DNA of 64,000 nucleotides from an uncultured Bacilli bacterium (GCA_949879765.1 CATLBQ010000004.1:9287-73286); one strand, 5' to 3'; counted from the stretch's first letter, positions 1-11,240 are shown. Notes: generated from the letters alone by a model not told the origin. Made by a program: numbers and translations.

Positions 1-2
1 TT

Positions 3-1805
3 GCACACAATAAAACGCTTGCGGGTCAATTGTATGCAGAATTAAAGAAATTTTTTCCAGAAAACAGAGTAGAATATTTTATTTCATATTATGATTATTA
101 TCAACCAGAAGCATATGTTCCAAGTAAAGATATGTATATTGAAAAAGATTCTAGTATCAATGATGAAATTGACCAAATGCGGCATGCTGCAACAGCAAGT
201 ATATTAGAAAGAAGAGATACAATTATTGTAGCATCAGTGTCTTGTATTTATGGTATTGGAGACCCAGATGATTATGAAAATTCCATGTTGGTGTTGCGAA
301 AAGCACAACAGTTAAAACGAGAAGACTTATTAGAAAAACTCGTTTCTATGCAATTTGTAAGGAATAATATTGAATTTGATCGAGGAAGTTTTAGAGTAAA
401 AGGTGATAATGTCGATATCCTTCCTGTTTCAGAACATGACCAAGGTATTCGCATTAGTTTCTTTGATGATGAAATTGAACGAATTGCGATGTTTGATACG
501 ACCACGGGAAAAGTAATCAAATTGATGGATACAGTTTCGATTTTTCCAGCTACACACTTTGTATTAAGTGATGAAAAAAAAGAAGAGGCCATTCATAGAA
601 TTGAAAGTGAACTCACAGAACGAATCGATTATTTTAATGAAAGAGGACAGTTATTAGAAGCAGAACGGATTGAGCAACGAACCAAATATGATATCGAAAT
701 GTTGAAAGAAATTGGCAGTTGTAGTGGTGTGGAAAACTATTCAAGACATCTTTCGTTAAGAGAAGCTGGTGAAACGCCATCGGTTTTATTGGATTTTTTT
801 GGAGGAGACTATTTGATGGTCATTGATGAATCGCATGTGACTATCCCTCAAGTTAGAGGAATGTATAATGGTGACCAAAGTAGAAAGAAAACACTTGTCG
901 AATATGGCTTTAGACTACCTTCAGCACTCGACAATCGACCACTGAATTTTGCAGAATTTGAGCAAAAAGTAGACCAAGTGATTTATGTTTCCGCAACGCC
1001 AGGAGATTATGAACTATCTAGAAGTTTTGAAATAGTGGAACAAATTATTCGTCCTACAGGATTGTTAGATCCACTAGTAGAAGTAAGACCAACTAAAAAT
1101 CAAATAGATAAAATTATGGCTGACATCAAACAACAAATGGCGAAGAATGAAAGAACATTGATTACTACACTCACCATTAAAATGAGTGAGGATTTAACTG
1201 CTTACTTGAAAGAAAATGGGATTAAGGTAGCTTATCTTCACTCAGAAATTAAAGCATTAGAAAGATTGGAAGTTATTCGAAAATTAAGAAAAGGAATCTA
1301 TGATGTGTTAGTGGGAATCAATCTTCTAAGAGAAGGGCTAGATATTCCAGAAGTGAGCTTAATTTGCATTTTGGATGCGGATAAAGAAGGATTCTTAAGA
1401 AGTGAAAGATCACTGATTCAAACCATTGGACGTGCTGCACGTAATGCGAGTGGTCGGGTAATCCTATATGCCGATCATATGACGGATTCTATGCAAGGTG
1501 CGATGGAAGAAACCGCAAGAAGAAGGCATATTCAAGAAGCGTATAATATAGAGCATCAAATTACGCCAAAGACCATTCAAAAAGAAATTGGTGATATGAT
1601 TGGGAATGAAGAATTTGAGCAAAATGAAAATGTCAATACAACGATTACAGTTGAAAGTTATCAAAAATTAAGCAAAATTGAACAAAGAAAACTACTTGAA
1701 AATTTAGAAAAACAAATGAAGGAAGCCGCCAAAGCTCTTCAATTTGAAGAGGCAATGACACTTCGTGATATTATTTTTGAGTTGAAATCAGGAGGAAAAT
1801 CATGA
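3..1805 (+). CDS. uvrB: Excinuclease ABC subunit B (UvrB), 5'-truncated by window edge
   Basis: In-frame translation from nt 3 gives [38 protein letters not shown], the UvrB helicase motif region. C-terminal UvrB/UvrC interaction helix ([12 protein letters not shown]). The ORF continues upstream of the window. Confidence 0.95.
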   Translation, partial: AHNKTLAGQLYAELKKFFPENRVEYFISYYDYYQPEAYVPSKDMYIEKDSSINDEIDQMRHAATASILERRDTIIVASVSCIYGIGDPDDYENSMLVLRKAQQLKREDLLEKLVSMQFVRNNIEFDRGSFRVKGDNVDILPVSEHDQGIRISFFDDEIERIAMFDTTTGKVIKLMDTVSIFPATHFVLSDEKKEEAIHRIESELTERIDYFNERGQLLEAERIEQRTKYDIEMLKEIGSCSGVENYSRHLSLREAGETPSVLLDFFGGDYLMVIDESHVTIPQVRGMYNGDQSRKKTLVEYGFRLPSALDNRPLNFAEFEQKVDQVIYVSATPGDYELSRSFEIVEQIIRPTGLLDPLVEVRPTKNQIDKIMADIKQQMAKNERTLITTLTIKMSEDLTAYLKENGIKVAYLHSEIKALERLEVIRKLRKGIYDVLVGINLLREGLDIPEVSLICILDADKEGFLRSERSLIQTIGRAARNASGRVILYADHMTDSMQGAMEETARRRHIQEAYNIEHQITPKTIQKEIGDMIGNEEFEQNENVNTTITVESYQKLSKIEQRKLLENLEKQMKEAAKALQFEEAMTLRDIIFELKSGGKS

Positions 1806-2929
1806 ACCAAAAACCAAAAATTATGGTCGGTTTATCTGGGGGTGTAGATAGCAGTGTGGCGTTAATTCGCTTGAAAGAGCAAGGATATGATGTAGAAGCC
1901 ATGTTTATGCGCAACTGGGATTCAGCAGTCAATAATGATATTTTGGGTAATCCTGATTTGATGGAAGATGTATGTCCACAAGAAAAAGACTATCAAGATG
2001 CCCAAAAAGTGGCTGAACAACTAGGGATAAAATTACACCGAGTAGACTTTATTGAAGAATATTGGAACGCCGTATTTGCCTATTTTTTAGAAGAATATAA
2101 AAAAAATCGTACACCTAATCCAGATATTTTATGCAATAAAGAAATCAAATTTAAGTCTTTTTTGGATAAAGCTAAGGCACTTGGCGCTGATTATATTGCG
2201 ATGGGACACTATGCTAGAGTGCTTCATCAAGATGGAAAACACTATTTATTAAGAGGAGTAGATGCCAATAAAGACCAATCTTATTTCCTTTCTCAGCTTA
2301 CAAGTGAACAACTTGCTCAAGCATTTTTTCCTATTGGAGATATGTTAAAACCAGATGTGCGCACACTGGCTAAGGCCTATGATTTAGTTGTTGCGGATAA
2401 AAAAGACTCAACAGGAGTATGCTTTATTGGTGAAAGAAATTTTAAAGAATTTTTAATGAACTATATACCTGCTAATCCAGGGGATATTGTTTCCACTGAT
2501 GGTAAGGTATTAGGCCAACATGACGGCGTTATGTATTATACCATTGGTCAAAGGAGAGGACTTCACATAGGTGGACCAGGAGAAGCTTGGTTTGTTTGTG
2601 GAAAAGATACCAAGAAAAATCAATTGATTGTAGGACAAGGCGCCGATACAGAATTGTTATATGCCAATCGGGCTATTTTAACTAATGTCAATATCATCAA
2701 TGGGACACTTGAAGATGGTCAGCATTTGACAGCAAAATTCAGGTATCGTCAACCAGATGAAGGAATCACCATTCATCTACTCGCAAATGGTTTAGTAGAA
2801 GTAAGATGTGATCGCCCAGTCAAAGCCATTACACCAGGTCAAGCCTGTGTATTTTATGATGGCGAATACTGTTTAGGTGGAGGCACTATCGATCAAGTGT
2901 ATATGAATGATGTTATGAGAAAGTATTAA
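1802..2929 (+). CDS. mnmA: tRNA-specific 2-thiouridylase MnmA
   Basis: PP-loop SGGVDSS at the N-terminus. Full-length MnmA-like (375 aa). ATGA start/stop overlap with uvrB. Confidence 0.93.
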   Translation: MNQKPKIMVGLSGGVDSSVALIRLKEQGYDVEAMFMRNWDSAVNNDILGNPDLMEDVCPQEKDYQDAQKVAEQLGIKLHRVDFIEEYWNAVFAYFLEEYKKNRTPNPDILCNKEIKFKSFLDKAKALGADYIAMGHYARVLHQDGKHYLLRGVDANKDQSYFLSQLTSEQLAQAFFPIGDMLKPDVRTLAKAYDLVVADKKDSTGVCFIGERNFKEFLMNYIPANPGDIVSTDGKVLGQHDGVMYYTIGQRRGLHIGGPGEAWFVCGKDTKKNQLIVGQGADTELLYANRAILTNVNIINGTLEDGQHLTAKFRYRQPDEGITIHLLANGLVEVRCDRPVKAITPGQACVFYDGEYCLGGGTIDQVYMNDVMRKY

Positions 2930-2949
2930 AATTAAAAAGGGGTGATAAA

Positions 2950-5295
2950 ATGGAAACCATTAGTGGTGTATTACAAAGAATCAATTATTACAATCAAGAT
3001 AATGGTTATACCGTTGCCATTTTAGAACTCGATTATAAAGATAAAAATATTGCAATGAAGAAAGCCAAAATCGTGGGAAATACTATTCCCGTGGTTGGCT
3101 TTTTTGATAGAAAGCCAAGTGAGCATGAAGAATATAGTTTTGATGGTGAATTGGTTCGGGATAAAAACTATGGACTTCAATTTCAGTTTTCCGCATTTAA
3201 GCGCAAAACGATTCGCAATGTCGAAGGTATCATCAGTTATTTGACGAGTTCTATTTTTCCAGGTATTGGTCCTAAGGTAGCAAAGCAAATCGTTGAAGCA
3301 TTAGGCAAAGATTGTCTTGTTCAAATCAAAGAAGATCCACATGCATTAGACCATTTATCCATTACCGAAAAACAAAAAGCAGTGATTCGAAGTGGGATTG
3401 TGAGTGACCAACAACATCAAGAAAATGTAGTCTTTTTTTTGAATCATGGCATCACTATGGACACAGCACATAAAATCATCGCTTTATTTGGTGATATGGC
3501 CAAACAAATTGTGACAGAAAATCCATATATTTTGATGGAAAAAATTGATCACTTTGGCTTTAAAAAAAATGATGCATTTGCTTTAAGCATGGGCATAGCT
3601 GAAAATGGTGTAGTTAGACTGAAAGCACTGATTACCTATGTATTAAAAGATGCTTTGTATAATGTTGGAAATAGTTATATCACTAGAACGGAATTATATA
3701 GTTATACGACCAAATATTTAGGGAAAGATATAGATGGAAAAGTGTATGTCGAAGTATTAAATGATTTGGCTGAAGACAAAAAAATATACATTGATCAAGA
3801 AGAAAACATTTTTGATTATAAAATGTATCTCCAAGAAATAGAACTTGCTACGGAACTTGCCCATATGCTAAAAGGAACACGTTCTACTACAAATTTGCCC
3901 AAAACCTATACTATGGATGAAATAGAACAACAATATCAAGTGATCAAACAACATGCCCATATGGAATATAGTAGTGAACAAGAACAAGCCATTCTAAGTG
4001 CTTTTACAGAGCCCATCATCATTATTACAGGAGGCCCTGGTACAGGAAAAACAACGATTATCAAGGCTATTTTAGAAATGTATTTTAAACTCAATCATGA
4101 TAATCCACATTTGATAGATTATATTGCTTTACTAGCTCCAACAGGAAAAGCGGCCAAGCGGATGAAAGAATCCACCAATATGCAGGCCATGACCATCCAT
4201 CGTTTTTTAGGATATATGGGGACCAATGTTTTTACGCATAACAAATACAATAAAACGGCTGCTAAATTGATTATTGTTGATGAGGCTTCTATGATGGATT
4301 TACCGCTTGCTTCTCAACTGGTTACTTCAATGCAACCCGATGCTAGACTCATCATTGTAGGAGACGTCGATCAGTTGCCAAGTGTAGGCCCTGGGCAAGT
4401 ATTAAAGGATCTCATTGATTCTAAAGAAATCAAAACCATTCGCTTGACCAAAATTCATCGTCAAGCTGAAGATTCCAATATCATTAAACTCGCTCATCAT
4501 ATCAATGAAGGTCAACTTCCAGAAACCATTTTAGAAAAGATGAATGATCGCACATTCATTCAAACTGACAATGAGCATTTGCCATTATTACTAGTAGATA
4601 TTGTAAGACGATTTGTTGCCAAAGGGTACGATATGAAAAAAGACATTCAGGTATTGATACCGATGTATCGTGGAGATGTAGGTATCAATGCTATCAATGC
4701 TAGAATTCAAGATGTTTTAAACCCTAAAACAGAAGACACAGAAGAAGTAAAACATTATGGTTCGGTGTTTAGATTAAATGACAAAGTCATTCAATTGGTC
4801 AATCGAGCTGAAAAAGGAATTATGAATGGTGATGTCGGTTATATTAGTCATTTCAAATATAAAAATTTAAAAATATGTGGACTTGAAGTAACCTTTGATC
4901 AAACCATTGTGGAATATCAGTTAGAAGAATTAGAAGATTTGAGTTTAGCTTATGCCATTAGTATCCATAAAGCACAAGGTGGAGAATTTGATGTTGTGGT
5001 GATGCCGATGACATCACAGCATTATATTATGTTAAGAAGAAAATTGATTTATACTGCTGTGACTAGAGCAAAGAAAACCCTTGTGTTAATTGGTGATATC
5101 AAATCAATGCAAATGGGGATTCGTAAAATTGAAAATGCCAGAAAGACCATTTTAAAAAATCAGTTGATTGCAGCGATCAAACAACAAGAAACAATACCAA
5201 CAGAAGGAACTATGCCACCTGCTATTGAAGAAGCAGAAGATGAACTAGGTGCAATTGTAGATGAACTTCAAGTGGATGATTTTAATTTGTTTTAA
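2950..5295 (+). CDS. recD2: ATP-dependent RecD-like DNA helicase (RecD2)
   Basis: 781 aa. N-terminal RecD2-type domain, Walker A GGPGTGKTT, DEASM Walker B and C-terminal SF1 helicase motifs. Confidence 0.88.
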   Translation: METISGVLQRINYYNQDNGYTVAILELDYKDKNIAMKKAKIVGNTIPVVGFFDRKPSEHEEYSFDGELVRDKNYGLQFQFSAFKRKTIRNVEGIISYLTSSIFPGIGPKVAKQIVEALGKDCLVQIKEDPHALDHLSITEKQKAVIRSGIVSDQQHQENVVFFLNHGITMDTAHKIIALFGDMAKQIVTENPYILMEKIDHFGFKKNDAFALSMGIAENGVVRLKALITYVLKDALYNVGNSYITRTELYSYTTKYLGKDIDGKVYVEVLNDLAEDKKIYIDQEENIFDYKMYLQEIELATELAHMLKGTRSTTNLPKTYTMDEIEQQYQVIKQHAHMEYSSEQEQAILSAFTEPIIIITGGPGTGKTTIIKAILEMYFKLNHDNPHLIDYIALLAPTGKAAKRMKESTNMQAMTIHRFLGYMGTNVFTHNKYNKTAAKLIIVDEASMMDLPLASQLVTSMQPDARLIIVGDVDQLPSVGPGQVLKDLIDSKEIKTIRLTKIHRQAEDSNIIKLAHHINEGQLPETILEKMNDRTFIQTDNEHLPLLLVDIVRRFVAKGYDMKKDIQVLIPMYRGDVGINAINARIQDVLNPKTEDTEEVKHYGSVFRLNDKVIQLVNRAEKGIMNGDVGYISHFKYKNLKICGLEVTFDQTIVEYQLEELEDLSLAYAISIHKAQGGEFDVVVMPMTSQHYIMLRRKLIYTAVTRAKKTLVLIGDIKSMQMGIRKIENARKTILKNQLIAAIKQQETIPTEGTMPPAIEEAEDELGAIVDELQVDDFNLF

Positions 5296-5464
5296 AAATG
5301 GTAAAAATTATAAAGTATGAAAATAGTTATCTTTCTTATACTAATATTGCATAAAGAAAGTATCTTGAGTTTTATTAGGAGAACATATAATATTCACTGT
5401 GTTTAGAACTATTAAATAGACAGATAAAATCGATTTATGCTACTTTAGTCAAAGAGGTGACAAT

Positions 5465-5650
5465 ATGAAATCATCAGTAGTTCCATTCGCAGCTGGAGCG
5501 ATGACGGTTTTAGGGGTTTGGCTCGTTGCTTCAAACAAGAGTAAAATTGACAAACTTGTGAAAAATGTAAGTGACACAATGGACCAAATGCTCCAAAAAT
5601 GCAAAAAGACTTTGCAAGAAGATAGCTGCACTTGTCAAAGTCAAAATTAA
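5465..5650 (+). CDS. small hypothetical protein (61 aa, one predicted TM helix)
   Basis: Strong SD AAAGAGGTG 7 nt upstream of the ATG. Upstream TTGAGT-17-TAATAT promoter-like sequence. Followed by a bidirectional terminator. No recognisable family. Confidence 0.3.
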   Translation: MKSSVVPFAAGAMTVLGVWLVASNKSKIDKLVKNVSDTMDQMLQKCKKTLQEDSCTCQSQN

Positions 5651-5676
5651 AAAGGCCAAAAAGGCCTTTTTTTTAA
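5651..5676. terminator. bidirectional rho-independent terminator (smORF / rnj)
   Basis: AAAGGCC-AAAAA-GGCCTTT hairpin flanked by A-run and T-run, between convergent genes. Confidence 0.6.
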
Positions 5677-7379
5677 TCTTTTAAAATGGTATTGATGATA
5701 GGAACAATCAATGGGCGACGTTCAATTTTTTGATAAATAAATTGACCCAGCTGATTGATGAGTTGCTTTTCAAATGATGGGGTATGAATATTTTTGTGCG
5801 TTTTCAGTAATGTCATAAAAATATCGTTTGATTTTTGGCGAATGCTATTTTCTAGATGTTGAAGTGATGTGAAGTCCGCAAATCCTGAAGAACGAACAAC
5901 AGGCATTCCAATGAGCCGTCTGGATTTGGTTAGAGTAAAGGTAATACTGAGTAAACCCTCATCTGCCATTTTTTTGCGTTCTTTTAAGATGTTACTATTG
6001 ACATCACTTAGCGATGCATCCAGATATACTTCTGATGCAGGAACGGCCCGTTTGATGACCTTTGCCCGCTTCTCATTGATAGATAACACGTCTCCTGTAT
6101 CAAGAACAAAACAATTCTCTTTAGGAATACCCAATTCAGTGGCAATTCTAGCATGTTCTTTGAGCATCAAGTATTCACCGTGTACTGGCATAAAGTATTT
6201 AGGTTGCATAAAAGAAAGCATCATTCGAATTTCGTTTTGTGAAGCATGACCTGTGGTATGGGTATCGGTGAGAGGACTATTTTGAATAACATCCGCTCCA
6301 GCATGTACCAATTTATTGATATTGCGATTGATAAAGATTTCATTACCAGGAATGGCTTTACTAGAATAAATGACAGTGTCATTCGGCAGTAGTTTGATTT
6401 GTTTATGTGTGCCATTGGCAATTCTTGAAAGTGCAGCCATTGGTTCACCTTGTGATCCCGTACACAAAATGGTAATAAAATCTGTATCTTGTTTTTTCAG
6501 TTCTCTTGAATTTAGTACCCATCCTTTTGGATATGTAATATACTTGAGCTTGCTTGCAATCTCAATGGTCTTTTCCATACTGTGACCAAATACAATTACT
6601 TTTCGACCAGACTCAATACTAGCATTGATAATTTGTTGCACACGGAAAACATTTGATGCAAATGCTGCTACAATGATTCGCCCTTCAATGTGACTGAATA
6701 AGTTCATCAATGTTTCACCAATCTTTTTTTCGCTAGATGAAAATTGAGGAACATCCGCATTGGTACTATCTGCCAATAAGCACAAAACACCCTTTTTTCC
6801 AAGTTCAGTCATTTTATAATAATCTGGTTTTTCACCAATAGGATTAAAATCAAATTTAAAATCACCTGTATTGACGATGTAGCCCAACTTGGTTTTAATC
6901 GCTATACCATGAGAATCAGGGATGCTATGGTTAGTTCTAAAAAAAGATACTTCAAAGTTCTTAAATTTGAAAATAGAATCGCTATGGAAGGGAACTAAAT
7001 CATATTGAATATCCATAAATTCATTCATTTTGCTTTTGATAAAACCAATCGCAATACCATTTGCATAAATGGCTGGAATATGGACTTGTTTTAACAAAAA
7101 AGGAATGGCGCCAATATGGTCTTCATGTCCATGGGTAATAAATAGGCCAACAATCTTTTTTTGATGTTGAACAAGGTAAGAAAAATCAGGAATGATATAA
7201 TTCACTCCATGAACATCGTCATCCGCAAATAGAATTCCCGCATCCATAATTAAAATCTCATCATTGCATTCAACTACGTACATATTCATACCGACTACGC
7301 CTAAGCCACCTAAAGAGTACACTTTGATATCGTTTGAAAGTCGTTTATTCTTTTTTGGTGTAGTTGTTGTTTTTTTCAC
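5673..7379 (-). CDS. rnj: Ribonuclease J (metallo-beta-lactamase/beta-CASP RNase)
   Basis: HGHEDHIG metallo-beta-lactamase motif, beta-CASP and C-terminal domain. The ORF track starts at TTG 7415, but GTG at 7379 has a strong SD (AAAGGAG, 5 nt spacing), so I place the start there. Confidence 0.88.
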   Translation of the reverse strand: MKKTTTTPKKNKRLSNDIKVYSLGGLGVVGMNMYVVECNDEILIMDAGILFADDDVHGVNYIIPDFSYLVQHQKKIVGLFITHGHEDHIGAIPFLLKQVHIPAIYANGIAIGFIKSKMNEFMDIQYDLVPFHSDSIFKFKNFEVSFFRTNHSIPDSHGIAIKTKLGYIVNTGDFKFDFNPIGEKPDYYKMTELGKKGVLCLLADSTNADVPQFSSSEKKIGETLMNLFSHIEGRIIVAAFASNVFRVQQIINASIESGRKVIVFGHSMEKTIEIASKLKYITYPKGWVLNSRELKKQDTDFITILCTGSQGEPMAALSRIANGTHKQIKLLPNDTVIYSSKAIPGNEIFINRNINKLVHAGADVIQNSPLTDTHTTGHASQNEIRMMLSFMQPKYFMPVHGEYLMLKEHARIATELGIPKENCFVLDTGDVLSINEKRAKVIKRAVPASEVYLDASLSDVNSNILKERKKMADEGLLSITFTLTKSRRLIGMPVVRSSGFADFTSLQHLENSIRQKSNDIFMTLLKTHKNIHTPSFEKQLINQLGQFIYQKIERRPLIVPIINTILKD

Positions 7380-7423
7380 GTCTATCTCCTTTCTTTCAAA
7401 TTTGTTTAAAAACAATTATATCT

Positions 7424-7452
7424 ATTATACCCCATTTTGAGCAATTAGTCAA
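7424..7452 (-). promoter_or_regulatory. putative sigma-A promoter for rnj (TTGACT-17-TATAAT with TGn-like extension)
   Basis: Minus strand reads TTGACTaattgctcaaaatggggTATAAT. The -35 overlaps the first copy of a 13-nt direct repeat. Confidence 0.45.
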
Positions 7453-7543
7453 CCGACTTGAAGCACATATCGTATGACAAAATATCCAACCGACTTGAAC
7501 TCCACTTTATTTTATGATATAATTCACCTAAGAGGAAAAGAAA

Positions 7544-8335
7544 ATGAAAGAAAGAATCGCTTTATTTTTTGATATTGATGGCACTCTATTTGATGCAACA
7601 ACGAAGTCAGTGTTACCATCTACTATATATATGTTAGAAGAATTAGCCAAAAAGGAAAATTGCGACTGTTATTTATCCACAGGAAGATCGCATCAAACTC
7701 TTGGTACAATGAATGATTATTTGCATTTTTTCAAAGGATTAAATCTTTCAAATGGTCAAGAAATTTATTTGGACCAGATGTTACTTCATGAAGGAGGAAT
7801 TGATGCAACTAGTATCAAACGATTATTGGATATCGCTAGTCAATATCATTATTCTATGGGGATGATTACTAGCCAAGAAGTAGAAATGAATTTTTTTACA
7901 GAAGAAAGTTATCATAATTTTACAAGTTATATAAAGGCAAATGTCATTGATTTAAAAGGAGAACCCTTTGATTTATCTAAAAAAGTCTATCAAATTTGGC
8001 TATTTGCATTCAATGAGCAAATTGATGCCCTTATCCCGTTATTTCCCGAATTGTCTATTGTCAAGTGGGGACGTTATGGTGCAGATATCATTCCCAAAGG
8101 AGTCTCTAAAGCAAGCGGAATTTTAACCATCCAACAACGATTAGGATACAAAAAAGAAAATATGTATGCTTTTGGTGATGGAGATAATGATGCAGAAATG
8201 TTTGGTGTCGTTGGTACGAGTGTAGCAATGAAAAATGCTAGCCCTCTTGCCAAATCAAAAGCAACCTTTATTACAGAGGATGCTTCAAAAGATGGATTGT
8301 ATCTTGCTGTAAAACGGCTTGGACTAATTGAATAA
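7544..8335 (+). CDS. Cof-type HAD-IIB family hydrolase
   Basis: N-terminal FFDIDGTL motif, C-terminal GDGDNDAEM motif. 263 aa, typical Cof/YidA length. Confidence 0.85.
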   Translation: MKERIALFFDIDGTLFDATTKSVLPSTIYMLEELAKKENCDCYLSTGRSHQTLGTMNDYLHFFKGLNLSNGQEIYLDQMLLHEGGIDATSIKRLLDIASQYHYSMGMITSQEVEMNFFTEESYHNFTSYIKANVIDLKGEPFDLSKKVYQIWLFAFNEQIDALIPLFPELSIVKWGRYGADIIPKGVSKASGILTIQQRLGYKKENMYAFGDGDNDAEMFGVVGTSVAMKNASPLAKSKATFITEDASKDGLYLAVKRLGLIE

Positions 8336-8351
8336 ATGAGGAGGAGAAAAA

Positions 8352-9047
8352 ATGAAAGTAAAATTAAGATTATTTTGGATATTGTTATGCTTTATCCCCC
8401 TATATTTGGATGTAGCATCTTGTGGTCCGCGCCCCAAATATAGTGTGGACATTTACACCTATGAAAATGGTGAGTTTGTGATTGAAAGCACAGAAAAGTT
8501 ATCTAGATATCGGCAGATCAATATGAGAATGTATGACATCCCAGAATTAGAAGGATATACATTTATAGGATGGTTTGAACCCTCATTTCAAAGTCATCAA
8601 AATGTATCGATTGATAACTATATTGATGTGCATTTAAATGAGCAAAGTGATGGAAAAATTAGACCAGGAGTAGAGTTTACAGTGTATGTTAGTATGTCCA
8701 TTTATCCAATATGGATTCGAACAGAACAGTTAGAACGCTACGTTGAAAAAATTTACTTTGAGATAGAATATTGTCAGCCTAAATTACCATCAAATCAAGA
8801 GCATTGGGAGATGCTTGATGCAACATATGGAGATAAAATTCGTGATATTGTACCTACCCCAGAAACAATAGAAGGATATACATTTGTTGGGTATGCGGAT
8901 ATCTCCATTACACCAGAAGAATATGAAACAACGGGAATTCCAGAAGAACACCTCATTTCGTTAGATGATGAAATCAATTATCAATGGATGATGCAACATG
9001 AGCATAGGTATTATGGTATTCATTTAGTTTATCAAAAAAATAAATAG
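8352..9047 (+). CDS. lipoprotein with two Listeria-Bacteroides repeat (Flg_new-like) domains
   Basis: Signal peptide with lipobox-like VASC. Two copies of the EGYTF(I/V)GW/Y motif characteristic of Listeria-Bacteroides repeat domains. Confidence 0.45.
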   Translation: MKVKLRLFWILLCFIPLYLDVASCGPRPKYSVDIYTYENGEFVIESTEKLSRYRQINMRMYDIPELEGYTFIGWFEPSFQSHQNVSIDNYIDVHLNEQSDGKIRPGVEFTVYVSMSIYPIWIRTEQLERYVEKIYFEIEYCQPKLPSNQEHWEMLDATYGDKIRDIVPTPETIEGYTFVGYADISITPEEYETTGIPEEHLISLDDEINYQWMMQHEHRYYGIHLVYQKNK

Positions 9048-9054
9048 GTGATAT

Positions 9055-10095
9055 ATGCTAGTCTCTAAAGCATTAAAACCAAAAGTATATTTGTTATCTT
9101 TCCTACATTTTTTTGTGGATGGTATTTGTGCATATACTATTTTTAATCGTTTATATGTGACAGAAAGTTATACAGTGATTATTCTTGTATTTGTCATCTA
9201 TAATACGCTTGCTTTTATGACTCAACCTTTTTTAGGGATGATGATTGATGCTATAAGAAAAGAAAAACTATGGTTGAATGCATCACTTATTTTGCTTCTT
9301 TTAGGTGCGATTATTCCTTTGTATACTTGGGTAAGTTTATTTTTGATTGGAATTGCCAATTCGATGTTTCATGTAGTGGGTGGAAAATATACGGTTGCTT
9401 TGTCTAAAGATAAGTCGGCTTATTTAGGATTATTTGTAGCTCTAGGCGCAAGTGGATTAGCCATTGGTACGCATCTATATACTCCCTTTTTATTACCACT
9501 ATTTGTTAGTATAACCGCTATTTTAGGTTTGATTTGCTTATGTTTAAAGGATGAATATCGTGAGTATCCCAAACAACATACTATGCCACAACTGCTAGGA
9601 ACAGAAAAAAAGTATGTGCTTATACTCAGTCTAGCTGTAACCATTCGAGCAATTATAGGTAAGGCAGTACCCCCATTATTTGAACCAACGACCTTTCTTT
9701 TGGTGGGAATAGGGATTTCTTCAACATTAGGTAAAATGATAGGCGGTATTATGGCGGATAGAATAGGAATTCGGTTAACGGTTTGGATTACCCTTCCGCT
9801 TGCTTTGATAGGATATTTGTTTTTTAGGGAAAATGTAGTGGTGTATTTATTATCTACTGGATTATTTAATACTACCATGCCGATTACGCTATTTTTGTCA
9901 AATCAAAATATGAAGCAAAGAGAAGGGCTTAGTTTTGGTATACTTGCCTTTACACTATTTCCTGGCTATTTACTAGGTGACTTGTATCAGTATTTAAAAC
10001 TTCCAATAGTACCTTTATTGTTGGTCTGTATGGGTTTAACTATGATGATTATTTTGGGCATAGATAGAAAGATGAGAAGAAGAACAATATGTTAG
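9055..10095 (+). CDS. multi-pass membrane protein, MFS-like
   Basis: About 10-12 hydrophobic segments. GGIMADRIGIR resembles the MFS signature G-x3-D-R-x-G-R. Confidence 0.4.
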   Translation: MLVSKALKPKVYLLSFLHFFVDGICAYTIFNRLYVTESYTVIILVFVIYNTLAFMTQPFLGMMIDAIRKEKLWLNASLILLLLGAIIPLYTWVSLFLIGIANSMFHVVGGKYTVALSKDKSAYLGLFVALGASGLAIGTHLYTPFLLPLFVSITAILGLICLCLKDEYREYPKQHTMPQLLGTEKKYVLILSLAVTIRAIIGKAVPPLFEPTTFLLVGIGISSTLGKMIGGIMADRIGIRLTVWITLPLALIGYLFFRENVVVYLLSTGLFNTTMPITLFLSNQNMKQREGLSFGILAFTLFPGYLLGDLYQYLKLPIVPLLLVCMGLTMMIILGIDRKMRRRTIC

Positions 10096-10457
10096 AAGCA
10101 TTGATATTGACCATTTTCATAGAAGGAGTTGGACTTATCTTTTTAAGAGTAAAAGATTATAAAATCTATTTACTTTCTATAGCACTGAATATTTGTACCA
10201 ATGTAAGTTTAAATACCTTCTTACTAAATTATGATTTTCAAAGTGTAGGGGGCTATATAGTTACAGTTGTCATTTTAGAAATCGTAGTGATAGGGGTTGA
10301 ATTTTTAGGGTATTGGTTTTATTTTAGACAGTCCAAAAAAGCATTAGGATATGCAACTTTATTAAATGTAATGAGTTTTGGTATAGGGCTTATTTTGAAT
10401 TTGATCTTTCATTATGATGTAGCTATAGAGATTCTTCGTGCCTTATTTTCATTTTAA
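10089..10457 (+). CDS. small membrane protein (hypothetical)
   Basis: 122 aa, 3-4 hydrophobic helices. Start overlaps upstream stop, suggesting co-translation with the MFS-like gene. Confidence 0.3.
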   Translation: MLEALILTIFIEGVGLIFLRVKDYKIYLLSIALNICTNVSLNTFLLNYDFQSVGGYIVTVVILEIVVIGVEFLGYWFYFRQSKKALGYATLLNVMSFGIGLILNLIFHYDVAIEILRALFSF

Positions 10458-10479
10458 ACTTGTTGATAAAAAAAAGAAA

Positions 10480-10515
10480 AACAACTCTCTTATGACAAGA
10501 GAGTTGTTATTTATC
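10480..10515 (+). terminator. rho-independent terminator
   Basis: AACAACTCTCT-tatgac-AAGAGAGTTGTT hairpin followed by ATTTATC. Confidence 0.6.
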
Positions 10516-10523
10516 AAAAATCA

Positions 10524-11240
10524 TTGTATTTTAAAGGAGAAAAGAAAATGAAAGATCAATTTTTGGAAAATATATTCCGGTATCAAGTCGTAAATATAGA
10601 AAAACTCAAAGAGTTTGGCTTTGTACTCCAAGAAGACATCTATCACTATGAAACCCAAATTGTTGATAATCAGTTTATCTTAACTATTCATATTTCTTCT
10701 ACAGGAAATATAGAAACCAACATGATTGAACTAGCCACAGGAGAAGTTTATACGCTATATCAAGTAGAAAGTGCAAAGGGAAGTTTTGTAGGTAGAGTCA
10801 GGGCAGAATATTGTGATATATTGCAAGATATTGCAGCACACTGTTTTGATAAAGAAATTTTTAAACAGATTTGCACCAAACAAATCATTCGCTATGTTCA
10901 ACTAAAATATGGAGATGAACTAGAATATTTGTGGGAAAAGACGCCAAACTGTGCCATTTGGCGTAGAAAAGATAATCAAAAGTGGTATGGTTTGATTACC
11001 ACCATTTGCAAAAATAAATTAGGGTTATCCTCAACTGAACAAGTGGATATCATCAATTTACGAATAGATTGTAATGAATTAGAAAAGATAGTAGATGGCA
11101 TCCATTATTTTCGGGCGTATCATATGAATAAAAAACACTGGGTGAGTATTTGTTTAGATGGTTCTGTTTCATTAGAAGACATTCAAACAAGAATAGATCA
11201 AAGTTTCCAAATAGCAAGTACAAATAAAAAAACAACTTGA
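10524..11240 (+). CDS. MmcQ/YjbR family DNA-binding protein (double-length)
   Basis: C-terminal half matches the YjbR/MmcQ pattern (…IWRRKD…YHMNKKHWVSICLDGS…). 238 aa versus about 120 typical, so an extra N-terminal domain. Confidence 0.5.
   Translation: MYFKGEKKMKDQFLENIFRYQVVNIEKLKEFGFVLQEDIYHYETQIVDNQFILTIHISSTGNIETNMIELATGEVYTLYQVESAKGSFVGRVRAEYCDILQDIAAHCFDKEIFKQICTKQIIRYVQLKYGDELEYLWEKTPNCAIWRRKDNQKWYGLITTICKNKLGLSSTEQVDIINLRIDCNELEKIVDGIHYFRAYHMNKKHWVSICLDGSVSLEDIQTRIDQSFQIASTNKKTT

Noticed and set aside
272-592. Antisense ORFs embedded in large genes (for example 272-592, 3022-3288, 5869-6249, 9420-9878, 16396-16686, 39376-40176, 47120-47668)
   Set aside because: Fully contained antisense within well-supported conserved CDSs, low-complexity translations, no RBS. 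Typical AT-rich-genome noise.
5449-5631. 60-aa minus-strand ORF antisense to the 61-aa plus-strand smORF
   Set aside because: Only the plus-strand frame has a strong SD (AAAGAGGTG), an upstream promoter and a downstream terminator. The minus frame is taken as spurious.
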